Part shown: piece by piece, positions 1-10,046 of the stretch
How the letters are laid out: each line of letters starts with the position of its first letter
Position numbering within the stretch: position 1 is the stretch's first letter
Assembly: GCA_964019425.1 (NCBI GenBank)
Contig: OZ025803.1
Location: 1,116,001-1,180,000 of the forward strand
From: Flectonema sp. DT1601
Lineage: Eukaryota
Direction of reading: 5' to 3'
Length of the DNA stretch: 64,000 nucleotides
Translations under genes and position numbers: made by a program
The notes under the pieces: model-generated
What the model saw: the letters and a program-made list of their open reading frames with translations, nothing else
Databases searched by the model: none
What the model was told of the DNA's origin: nothing

Positions 1-565
1 TTTAGAAAGACTAGAAATGCTTGAGAGACCTCCTGAGAGCTGATTCCTTGCAAAAGGAAAGTCTAATCGTTTCTAATCATCGACGTTGATGACCGCGCGG
101 TCTCTATTTCATAATCTGAACTGACGAGTTAATTGTTTCGTTCTTATGATGAGAACCACACAGTATTCGACTTGTACAGTTCATTCCTACTGCAGCACTG
201 AAATATTGTGCGGACTTTGTCAGGTTGATCACCTGTCGGTGATGTTGAGTAAGTACCTTTTGAGAAATATATATTTATCATTCCTCAGATTTGGTTGAAA
301 ATGGGAAATCAGACGGGTGCTGCGCGTGTTAAAAGAAGTTGACTACCACTGTTGATTAGTTAGTAATTAATTTAATTATTTCATCAGGTTGTGGCTACAG
401 ATCAACTAATTCCCTTGTGTGTCAACAGCTACTATTCATCTTCTGGTTAATATCTAATGTGTTACAGAACACTAAATCTATGAAGTCACTCGTAGCTACT
501 GAAACTCTTCATACAATCTGAGCGTCATAGTCTCGAGGGAGGGGGGGAGACAATCCCATTTGGAT

Positions 566-610
566 AAGTAAAGTAAAGTGAAGTAAAGTAAAGTAAAGTG
601 AAGTGAAGTG
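566..610. repeat. (AAGTR)9 pentanucleotide microsatellite
   Basis: Nine tandem aagta/aagtg units read directly from the sequence. Confidence 0.85.
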
Positions 611-675
611 GGACGTATCGTAACTCGTCTGTGCCGTCCCTCAGAATCTTTAAAAGAAAAAAATAAATAAATTAA

Positions 676-1317
676 ATGACAACAACAACAATAGCAACGG
701 TGAGTACTTTTAGTGTTCTCTTAGCAGTCGTCATGTTAGTTGGGAAGTTGGGGGATTCACTTGGTCCGCTATTTATATCATCACATCCAATACAGCTACT
801 GATACTGAATGCGAATGACATCCACTGTCTAGGAACCGCATTATTAGTAGAACCTAAGACATGGTTTGTGACCTGCGCAGTGAGGAGAATGATCGAAGAT
901 CCACTTTTCTACGCATTCGGTTATCAACATGGTGAGCAGGCTGTGGAATATCTTTCTCTTTACGTCCCAGCAATCCATAAAGCTAAAAGTATTATCCGCA
1001 AAGTGAGTTACTTCGCTGTTATGTTAGACCCAGGAATGGTTGTTTGTCTATTTGCCGGATGTATGAAGATGAGTCCTTATCTATTCTGGTCGCTTAACTT
1101 CACTGGAACAGCTCTTCGATTACTTGGAATCTATCACTTAGCGCAGTCTTTCCCAGATCATATTAACTCCGCTTTGATGGTTATAAAAGATTATCAAATA
1201 GTGGTCGCGTTATTTCTTTGTGGATACGTCGCTATTAGAGTTGTGTTAGAATACCCTGCGGTGATCAACTTAGTGCTCGGTAGGGGTAACAGGAAAGTAA
1301 GAGAAGCAGATAAATAG
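676..1317 (+). CDS. Multi-pass membrane protein, possibly DedA/VTT-like (213 aa)
   Basis: Intact ORF with several hydrophobic segments. The 'EDPLFYAFGYQHG' and 'LFAGCMKMSPYLFWSLNFTG' segments resemble DedA-family motifs; the family call is tentative. Confidence 0.6.
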   Translation: MTTTTIATVSTFSVLLAVVMLVGKLGDSLGPLFISSHPIQLLILNANDIHCLGTALLVEPKTWFVTCAVRRMIEDPLFYAFGYQHGEQAVEYLSLYVPAIHKAKSIIRKVSYFAVMLDPGMVVCLFAGCMKMSPYLFWSLNFTGTALRLLGIYHLAQSFPDHINSALMVIKDYQIVVALFLCGYVAIRVVLEYPAVINLVLGRGNRKVREADK

Positions 1318-1431
1318 CAAATTACTGTTCCATTCGTGTAAGTTAGAATTAATAAACACTTGTTAACACTAATAAATTACCATAAACCAGGCGTTGTGTT
1401 AGTTTACTTCTCTACAGAGAATAACAACAAC

Positions 1432-1950
1432 ATGTCATACAGCGGTAAGGTCGTACGTTGGAACAGTCGTGGGTTCGGGTTCATTCAGTGCAATGACTTC
1501 GATGAGGATCTGTTCGTTCACTTTTCTGCATTTGGAGGAGGTGATCTGACTGAGGGAGAGACCGTCACTTTCGATGTTGAGGACGATCCAAAGACTGGTA
1601 AGAAGAGATGTACCGCCGTTGAAGGTCCAGCTATCAACCGTGAACGTCCACCAGCAAGCAGAGGTGGAGGTGGTAGAGACAGATACGACTCCAGAGACCG
1701 CAGAGGTGGAGGTGGAGGCAGAGATGGAGGCAGAGATAGGTACGACTCAAGAGATAGATACGAGCGTAGAGGAGGAGGTGGAGGTGGAGGCAGATACGAC
1801 TCAAGAGACAGGTACGAACGCAGAGGAGGAGGTGGAGGAGGAGGTAGAGACAGATACGACTCCAGAGATAGATACGACCGCAGGTAAGTATTAATAATTG
1901 ATGAAGAGTATTGCTGCAAACAATGCGACGGAAAAATATAAAACAGGTAA
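1432..1950 (+). CDS. Cold-shock domain protein with RG/RD-rich tail, copy 1 (151 aa; intron 1884-1946 inside the last codon)
   Basis: CSD motifs GKVVRWNSRGFGFI and DLFVHFS, followed by GGGG/RYDSRD repeats. ATG at 1432 follows a pyrimidine-rich acceptor (ttctctacag). A GTAAG...AAACAG intron restores AG|G-TAA. Confidence 0.92.
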
Positions 1951-2578
1951 ACCCGACATCTCGCAGTAAAAAAAAAAAGGAGCTTTCAGCTTTTTTTATC
2001 CCATTATCCCCATCCCTTCCTCCCCTCCCCTTTTCTTAATTATTCACAAAGTGTTTTTTTTTTTTTGAGGACGGATTCCAGCTAAAGCGGTAGCATGTGA
2101 CAGTCGCGGAGATGGTCAGAAGAAAGGAAAGACTTTAGGCTTTTTGGAAAGTGTGCTGCTGTCTGTTTCTGAAGGCTGAGATCCAATAACCATCTACTTG
2201 GCTTTTTTTTCGTTTTCAATTTATTAATTCCCCGAAAGTTTCGTGTGGTGGACCTGCAGCTCTTCGGTTTTTGTTTTTCGATTCGATTCGCTTGCTGACT
2301 GCCCGCTGTGTGGATCGGGGGAGTAGTTTTAATTCTGAAAAAAAACGATTTGCAGTTTGAAAGAAATGTTGTTTTGATTATTTGCGGTGCTGGTACTTCA
2401 GTTGCTCAGCTAGTCCACCGAAAATACGATTTTCTGTAGAAAGAATGATTGCTGCTACCCTTTGATTGAATTTAGTAGAGTTGCAGAGCCGTTGATGTTG
2501 TCACCACCGGAAAAGGTCCCCCGATTGCTACTTTTTGAAGTTACAAAAACGATCCAACTCAGAGTTTACAACAACAAT

Positions 2579-3060
2579 ATGTCATACAGCGGTAAGGTCG
2601 TACGTTGGAACAGTCGTGGGTTCGGATTCATTCAGTGCAATGACTTCGATGAGGATCTGTTCGTTCACTTTTCTGCATTTGGAGGAGGTGATCTGACTGA
2701 GGGAGAGACCGTCACTTTCGATGTTGAGGACGATCCAAAGAACGGGAAGAAGAGATGCATCTCCGTTGAAGGTCCAGCTATCAACCGTGAACGTCCACCA
2801 GCAAGCAGAGGTGGAGGTGGTAGAGACAGATACGACTCCAGAGACCGCAGAGGTGGAGGTGGAGGCAGAGATGGAGGCAGAAGATACGACTCAAGAGACA
2901 GATACGATTCCAGAGACCGCAGAGGAGGAGGTGGAGGTGGTGGAGGCAGAAGATACGACTCAAGAGACAGGTACGACCGCAGGTATGCTGATGACAAATA
3001 GTTTCCTCTCAACCACTTGGATCTGTTATCGATCACTCCACGAATACTAAAAACAGGTAA
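2579..3060 (+). CDS. Cold-shock domain protein with RG/RD-rich tail, copy 2 (135 aa; intron 2983-3056)
   Basis: Near-identical paralog of copy 1, with a GTATG...AAACAG intron at the same position followed by G-TAA. Confidence 0.92.
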
Positions 3061-4131
3061 ACAAAAGATCTCACAGATACCAACTGTTGACTTCAATCGG
3101 TTTCTTAGCCGAGGGTCTGAATAGTTTAATTATGTTTTAAATATTTATTCTTGATGTCACATTCTTTTTAATTATCACAACACTTCCTTCTGTGGAGGTT
3201 TTCAGCCTTCAGGGGAAAAAAAAAAAAAAAAAAAAAAATTAAACACCAAGGATTCCCGTAGGGCGTCTTCACACAGATTGCCAGATTTACGTTCTGAAAA
3301 ACTCTTTGCATTGAACCTGGCTGGTGAGCAAGCGATCCGAGACCGCATATTTAATAGCGTGACCTCGTTTGGTTTTGTTCTTTATGTCGGTAGTTAGGTT
3401 CTTTGATTTGATTTGATTTGATTTGATTTGATTAAAAAACCGATTTCAAGTTGCTTTGCAGTTAATTTCGGTTTTACGATTTGCTTCTTAATGGGTCATT
3501 TATAAAAAGTTGCAGTTGCAGAAGAAAAAAAAAAAGAAAAAGAACAGTTCCTGAACAGCTGACTAGGTTGATGGCTGGATATGGGTTTAAAGCACTGAGC
3601 TCAGACGTCTTTCCCCCCTTCTTTTTTCCCATAATTTTTTTTTTTTTTTTTTTTTTAATTTGTTGGATTGTACGACGAAATCAAAGCACAAACTGTTAGT
3701 AAGCATGTATTGATCCCGACCTGCAGTTTGATTGCCAATAGTGTGTCCATGAGGTAGTTGAGATTTTCTACTTTGCAAAGGTTTAACGTAATTAATAATT
3801 TATACATTTCCTTTATTTTAAAAGATTACATTAAACTGATCGACTAATTAATATTCCAAGAGAGGAGAATGGGCAATCGACTGAGAAATAAAAGTAGCCA
3901 AGTAATTCTACTCCAGCGTTTCCCGCAAGAGAAAGTTCCTCTGGTTCACTGGAACGAGATGAAATTATGAAATCGGAGGATCATATTCGATTTGGAACAT
4001 TATTATCTTCTTGCGCATAATTTCACGCTCCTCTGTCTGGTTTAATAAAGACACACTTAATCCATTCCTCAATTAATAATATTTTCAACTCAGTCTGTCC
4101 CTCTGTCGGAAGGAGGGGGGGGGAGGTCAAT

Positions 4132-7100
4132 ATGGATGACCCGGCGGTGTTGGTGGTTGGGTTAGTCGCCTGCATAGCCTGCAGATGTGTATCTATAAGT
4201 AGTGGTGCTACTGCTACTACTACTGTCACTACCACTGCAGCTGTTGATGTGAAGGATGCCGCAGATGTACCCTCGTCGTCATCGGATGAGGGAGAAACTA
4301 CAACAAGAAGAACAACTCGAAGATTATCAAATCCATTCGGAAAGAAGAAACAAGTCGACGTCGATCTCAGCTGCATCCGAATTACAGAAGTTCGAGGTTC
4401 TGGAGTACCGAGTGAGATAAAACCACCGTTGCATTTCAGCCACAACTTCAACCTTGGGACAATATACCTCTGGAGAATAGTTCGAAGACAGGGACGACCT
4501 CCACTCGGTAGGATGAGTCAACGAGTTGTAGTAATTTCTAATAAATATTTCTTACTTTGTAAAGTAAGTGGCGCTGTTCACAGAATGATTCCTCTCGAAC
4601 ACATCACTTGCTTAGCAATCCACACCAGAATAGCGAGAAAGGTAGAAACTGACTGGTTGATAGTTCAGTTCTCCAGAGACGTTGGCGAGCCTTCGTTGGC
4701 ATTGCAGCTTTCCTTTAGTCCAGACAATCCTCCAGAGTGCTCAACAGCGAGTATGATGTCGAAGATAATAGCGTCAGTTAGAGAACCTCGCAGTTATTCT
4801 TCCTTAGCGGTTCATTTTGTTCCTCCAGAAGTTAATATTAAATCAGAGCAATTCGGAAGAGTCTACGGACCCTTCACAAAAGATGACTCGTACATGGGAC
4901 CTGCAGGTAAGGCTGCCCAAATAAATGAAACCATAACTCGAGAAGAGCTTCAAGAACAAGACTCTACTACTTCAGTAAACAAATCTGAGACTGAAAATGT
5001 TGTCAAAACTGTTTTCTGGGGAGACCCAGAACCCGCTGTTCACGTTACGTCTCCTTTTGGGAAGAGTGCAGCTGCTGCTGCGATTAGTCTTCCCAATAGA
5101 GGACCTAATGATGTTTATAAAAATACTTTAAAACTCAGACCTGGTGATGTCGTTCGCGTGAAGCCACGACCCAACTCAAAGTACGAAGTTGGACAAGTTC
5201 TTCAAATCACAAAGAACGGTCCTCTAATAGCTGTTGGATCCTCAACAGGAAGGATTTATTCAATTATTGAACCAATAGAGACTGATGGTGTTTATACGAT
5301 TCTGAGACCGACTCCTGTTTTCAAATTAAAGGATCCCAACTCAGAACAGATGTTGTTGTTAAAGGAAGGTCAAAAGATAAAGATCCGATCTCTCTCTCAA
5401 CTTCATGATACCACTTGGGGACTTCTTTACGGAAGTGGTTGGGTTTGTGTAGAAGATAAAGAGGGAATACTAAATGCAAAACATCAAAAGGGTTTCACAT
5501 CAGAGAAAGAGACGGAACAATCGACTGACCCGATAACACCACTTTATGGTCTCGGTCCCGATTCGAGTTACAATGCAGATGAAGTTGTTCCAAAAACACC
5601 AAAGAAAGGAGAAGATGGCAGAGATCAACCTGTTGTAGTTGCTGTTCGTATTCGACCATTTCTACCTCACGAGGGAGATGTTCCATGTTCGATGTCTGTT
5701 GAAGATGAGACAACTGTTAGATGTCAGGCTGAAGAGTTTAAATTCGATCACATCATTGCTTCACCAGAACTACTTCCGATATCAGAATCTGAAGATGGGA
5801 CAATTGAAAAGATAATTCAAAACACCCTTTCAGCAACACGTAATGGATACAACTCTTGTATTCTAGCATACGGTGCTTCTGGTAGTGGTAAAACTCATAC
5901 TATTCTTGGTTCTCTTCAGAGTGAACAATCCACTGAAACGTTTGGAATAGTCCAACTCATCTTACGAAGTATTTGTGGACCTGATAACACGTCAGCGTCT
6001 ACGATGAGTATTTCCTGTTTTGAGTTGTACGCTGAAAAAGCTCGTGACTTGTTAGATGTGAATGACTCGGTCTTTAGTAAAAAGAGAGTCAGACTGCATC
6101 CTATTCTGGGACCTTATTTAGAAGGTGTTACCACAAAGAAAATAAACCTTTCTGGAAGAGGTAAGGAAGAGGTTCTTGAAGTTATCTGCAAGGCAAAGGA
6201 AAAACGATCAACAGCTTCGACTCATGGAAATCAATATTCCTCACGTAGTCATGCGCTGATACAATTAGAAGTTAATTCAGCCAAGATATCAATCGTTGAT
6301 TTAGCCGGGTCGGAGCGCGCGAGGAGGTACCGAGACGACTCTATGCACGAAGCGTCAGCTATCAACTTATCTCTGACTGTATTAAGAAAGGTAATCGACT
6401 CTCTGACTAAGTCAGCAAGCAATATTCCTCCTTACCGAGAATCGATCTTAACGTTCTTACTGTCGGAGTCACTGGGAGGTAATTCTCACACTACTTTAAT
6501 AGCAACTGTTGCTCCTTCAATGAATAACGTAGAGGATTCTCTCGCTACGTTGAGATATGCGGCTAAGGCTCGTAGAATAACAAATAAACTATCTGTTCCT
6601 CGAGTTGAAGATATTGTCAGTAGTCTTCGTGTTGGCTCTCCAAAAGTAGCAACTGCTCTGGAACGCGATATTAATCTTCTGGAAGGAGAGAAGGCGGAAA
6701 ACTCGAAACAGTTCGGACAAACATCATCCTCCGACACCAACTCTCAGTCGTCAAATACTTCAGAGAAACAACTTCCTGACAACTCTGACTATTATAATAG
6801 AATTGAGAATAGTTTAGATAAAAGAATAGCTCTTCAGGAAGTTATTTTAGAAATTAGAAGAGAGGAGAGGGATAAAATAAATAGAAGTCGACTAACTAGG
6901 AAACCATTAGCGTCACCAACACCTCCACAAACACCAGAAATGAGAACAGATTATCAACAGCAGGCAGATGATGAAATAGTTCCGCCACCAGAAACAGAAG
7001 CAGTCGCTAAGTTGATGAGAGCTCTGAGTGGTAGAAATCGAATGTTGTCACCTGAAGCTCCTCGTTCAGAGTCTTACTCAACAATAGCACTCAGTCCAAG

Positions 7101-7962
7101 TAGACAACGATCTCGAGGTATTACTTCAACTGTAAGGTCACCCAGTTCAAGGACAAGTAGTATCTTCGCGTTAGGAGCAAATAGTCCTTCGTCAGTTGAA
7201 TATCAACCTTCAATGTCTTACTTGAGTCTTGGGGATACTTCTCCTCATAGATATTTAGATGGTAATCCTCCAGCGTATCGGAGTAGTCCGTCTCCAGTTC
7301 GATCCCCTCGGAGTCCTAAAAGGTCCCCGCTTAGTGATGTTTCAACATACACTGAAGTCACACAACCGCGTAGTCCAAGTAGTGAGTATCCTTACCTTGA
7401 TCCTGTCACAGCATCTGTTAAACCTGTTGAGAGTGTTGTTGTTGATAAAATTAATTTAGTACGAAGGTCTTGTAGTCCTGTCGTAGAACTTCCTTCAGAA
7501 AGGATATTTAAGCGTCGAGGATCTGGTTCTCCTTCAGTGAAGTCGATTGCTGCTAATAGACTACTTGTAAATAGAGAACCAAATCATCAGGAAATAAGAT
7601 CTGTTTCAGTGACTTCACCACCGAAAGACTTTACAAGAAGTCCGGACAGTAAAAGGGTTTCTAGATCAGTTCATTTTGAAGATCAATTACTTGTCTCTTC
7701 TCCTCCCAAAGCTTTATCTATGAGACAACAAGCTGAAGATCTTCGTCGTCGTATTCAACAAATTGCAGCTCCGCCTTCTGTGAAGACACCTCACTCGCAA
7801 TCACAACCACCACGTCAGTCACAATCACTTCAAATATCACCAGCACTTCATCCTTCACTCGCGTCAGTTGGATACGCTCATCTACCGAAGAGGGATACAA
7901 GTCAACAACAACCGATGACTTCATTAATAAGTAAAAGGATGTACGGATCTTTTAATAGGTGA
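4132..7962 (+). CDS. Kinesin with a central motor domain, N-terminal PH-like region and Ser/Pro-rich tail (1276 aa)
   Basis: Motor motifs VAVRIRP, P-loop AYGASGSGKTHT, switch I NQYSSRSH, switch II DLAGSER, PYRESILTFLLSESLGGNS and TLRYA. Confidence 0.93.
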   Translation: MDDPAVLVVGLVACIACRCVSISSGATATTTVTTTAAVDVKDAADVPSSSSDEGETTTRRTTRRLSNPFGKKKQVDVDLSCIRITEVRGSGVPSEIKPPLHFSHNFNLGTIYLWRIVRRQGRPPLGRMSQRVVVISNKYFLLCKVSGAVHRMIPLEHITCLAIHTRIARKVETDWLIVQFSRDVGEPSLALQLSFSPDNPPECSTASMMSKIIASVREPRSYSSLAVHFVPPEVNIKSEQFGRVYGPFTKDDSYMGPAGKAAQINETITREELQEQDSTTSVNKSETENVVKTVFWGDPEPAVHVTSPFGKSAAAAAISLPNRGPNDVYKNTLKLRPGDVVRVKPRPNSKYEVGQVLQITKNGPLIAVGSSTGRIYSIIEPIETDGVYTILRPTPVFKLKDPNSEQMLLLKEGQKIKIRSLSQLHDTTWGLLYGSGWVCVEDKEGILNAKHQKGFTSEKETEQSTDPITPLYGLGPDSSYNADEVVPKTPKKGEDGRDQPVVVAVRIRPFLPHEGDVPCSMSVEDETTVRCQAEEFKFDHIIASPELLPISESEDGTIEKIIQNTLSATRNGYNSCILAYGASGSGKTHTILGSLQSEQSTETFGIVQLILRSICGPDNTSASTMSISCFELYAEKARDLLDVNDSVFSKKRVRLHPILGPYLEGVTTKKINLSGRGKEEVLEVICKAKEKRSTASTHGNQYSSRSHALIQLEVNSAKISIVDLAGSERARRYRDDSMHEASAINLSLTVLRKVIDSLTKSASNIPPYRESILTFLLSESLGGNSHTTLIATVAPSMNNVEDSLATLRYAAKARRITNKLSVPRVEDIVSSLRVGSPKVATALERDINLLEGEKAENSKQFGQTSSSDTNSQSSNTSEKQLPDNSDYYNRIENSLDKRIALQEVILEIRREERDKINRSRLTRKPLASPTPPQTPEMRTDYQQQADDEIVPPPETEAVAKLMRALSGRNRMLSPEAPRSESYSTIALSPSRQRSRGITSTVRSPSSRTSSIFALGANSPSSVEYQPSMSYLSLGDTSPHRYLDGNPPAYRSSPSPVRSPRSPKRSPLSDVSTYTEVTQPRSPSSEYPYLDPVTASVKPVESVVVDKINLVRRSCSPVVELPSERIFKRRGSGSPSVKSIAANRLLVNREPNHQEIRSVSVTSPPKDFTRSPDSKRVSRSVHFEDQLLVSSPPKALSMRQQAEDLRRRIQQIAAPPSVKTPHSQSQPPRQSQSLQISPALHPSLASVGYAHLPKRDTSQQQPMTSLISKRMYGSFNR

Positions 7963-8394
7963 GTGTTCATTTTAACTTTTTGTGACATCCAATTCGTATG
8001 GAAAACCATATCATCTCTCACACACTCTGAGAGGACTTTGGTCAGCAGCGGTGATGACTTCTTTGGAACGCTTTAAAGTTTAATATTTTGTGCGTTAGCT
8101 ACGTACTTTGATAGGAATTCATCTCATCTTAGAAAGCTCTATGTTAAGCTGAAAGTATCCAACGAAGAATAACAGATTTCCCTCCTCCTTTTCCCTTCTA
8201 GATTAGTTATTGTAGTAGAATTCATTACTGTTATTGTTATTTCCATTCTTTTTTTTTTATATATTTCTTTCTTACTGAAAATTTTGGAATTTCTTCCAAA
8301 GACACGGCTTCGAGGAGTTGGTTGGTTTTTTTTTTTTTATTTGTTTCATAATTTTTGAATGACATCTTTTCCTTGTCAGTTTAGTTGATATAAC

Positions 8395-9780
8395 ATGAGC
8401 GGAGAAGACTACACTGTGGGACATCAATTGCTTCTAAATTTAGAATGTTTAGGATTCTCTGTTGATGATGTTGTCCTCAGAAAGGTTCCAACCAGAGCAC
8501 TACCTCAAAGATATCGAACCTTTCGATTAGATGAAAACATGTTCAGCTCTGGAAGTGGAGCGACTGCTGCTACAGAAGTTGTTTTATATTTTATAATGAC
8601 TTCACTTCCGTGGGCTGAGGTTGCTAATCAATTACCGTGTTCTGGAGGTATGGCTGGACAGAGATCTTCAATAATCCAAAGATACAATGAAAATGTTCAG
8701 GTTTATTTAACTGAACTCGATATGACATTTCCATGTGTTGAAACAGATCAGCTATCGAGTTTTAAGAAGAATGCGACCCATCTTCTTGAACTACTAAAAC
8801 ATATTTTACCAAAAGATATGGGACACGCCAGGAGGTTACTAACTGAATCAGGTCATCGAATGGCGTGGGTTTGTTTACGACTATCGTCAATTATATTACA
8901 ACATCAGGCGATTGGTAAAATAGAAATATATTCTCTGACTGGGATGCCGGATACAAAAGTTCATCAAAACGTTCTAAAGAGTCAGGTCGTTAGAGAATCA
9001 CTGAAATTCCAAAGTGTGATCGAAGAATACCAAAACACTGAAAACAGCATCAAAGAAGTTACTCAAATACTTTTGGAAGACTACGAGAATGCAAAACTAC
9101 GAAAGCAAACAATTCAAAAACAAGTCACTTCAAGTCTGAATGACAATACTCACATTGACGCGACGGTTACTTCTACGGCATTGGCAAAAAGAAAAGAACT
9201 TTTGGCTGCGTTTGCAGAAGTTAAAGAGAAACACATCGACTTAGAGAAGCTACTCTCGACTTCTAATAAAGATGAGGAGACGTTATCAATTAACTCACTT
9301 CAACAAACATGGATTGAGTCAGGTGGTGATGGTGATCTTCGTACAGCTGTTGATGACAATACTTATTCATCAAATGATCAACTTGACTTGGTAAAGTTAA
9401 GTAGCAAGTGGTTGCAATGTTTAAAAGAAATTCACGAATACTCTTCAAAAGTTAGTCGGAAGAAGAACTCGGGAATATCTTCAATAAAAGTTCTCGTAGA
9501 TGAGTGTGAGAGTCAGCTTCCTATTCTGAAACAACTACTGTCTGGGTTGGAGTCACAAAACACTGCCATGAATTGCGATTTAAAACCCAAATTAGAATCA
9601 GAGCTACAGCTACTGAGAAAACGAATTCAACAACATCCACTCAACTCACTCATTGCTCTCGAAACGAGTCGACAGGACTCGTTTAGTACCTCTCCTCAAC
9701 CTCTCGGTAGCTGTCCACTTCCAATACAACAGAACAGAGACACTAGTCCTTCGTCTTGGTTGTATTATCCAAGTGGGTGA
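8395..9780 (+). CDS. HAUS6 (augmin subunit 6)-like coiled-coil protein (461 aa)
   Basis: The N-terminal pattern LLLNLECLGF...MF...EVVLYF...FPC...FKK resembles the HAUS6 N-terminal domain and is followed by coiled coil. Recognised by eye only. Confidence 0.55.
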   Translation: MSGEDYTVGHQLLLNLECLGFSVDDVVLRKVPTRALPQRYRTFRLDENMFSSGSGATAATEVVLYFIMTSLPWAEVANQLPCSGGMAGQRSSIIQRYNENVQVYLTELDMTFPCVETDQLSSFKKNATHLLELLKHILPKDMGHARRLLTESGHRMAWVCLRLSSIILQHQAIGKIEIYSLTGMPDTKVHQNVLKSQVVRESLKFQSVIEEYQNTENSIKEVTQILLEDYENAKLRKQTIQKQVTSSLNDNTHIDATVTSTALAKRKELLAAFAEVKEKHIDLEKLLSTSNKDEETLSINSLQQTWIESGGDGDLRTAVDDNTYSSNDQLDLVKLSSKWLQCLKEIHEYSSKVSRKKNSGISSIKVLVDECESQLPILKQLLSGLESQNTAMNCDLKPKLESELQLLRKRIQQHPLNSLIALETSRQDSFSTSPQPLGSCPLPIQQNRDTSPSSWLYYPSG

Positions 9781-10046
9781 ATTATACTGAGATTTCCATT
9801 TAGATATTTTATAATGTGCCGTATTAGATATTCTTTCATTTGTTTGTTTTTTTATATTATTTTTGATAGAGTTCCTTAAGTGATTTGTCTTTATTAAGAT
9901 CTTGTCTTTATTTACTTCTTCAGACAGGTTTAATGTGATTGTTGTTGTCGTTAATTAGTTGACATCTTTGTTAACTATCGTACTGTTGTAGGGTAATTGA
10001 AGGTTTGTTGAATTGTTATCTTATCTTTCTGACAGGTCACCGGCAC

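Noticed and set aside
1518..3096. Poly-Pro antisense and Glu/Thr-rich alternative-frame ORFs over the cold-shock genes
   Set aside because: They are shadows of the GGA/GGT- and AGA/GAC-rich low-complexity coding sequence.
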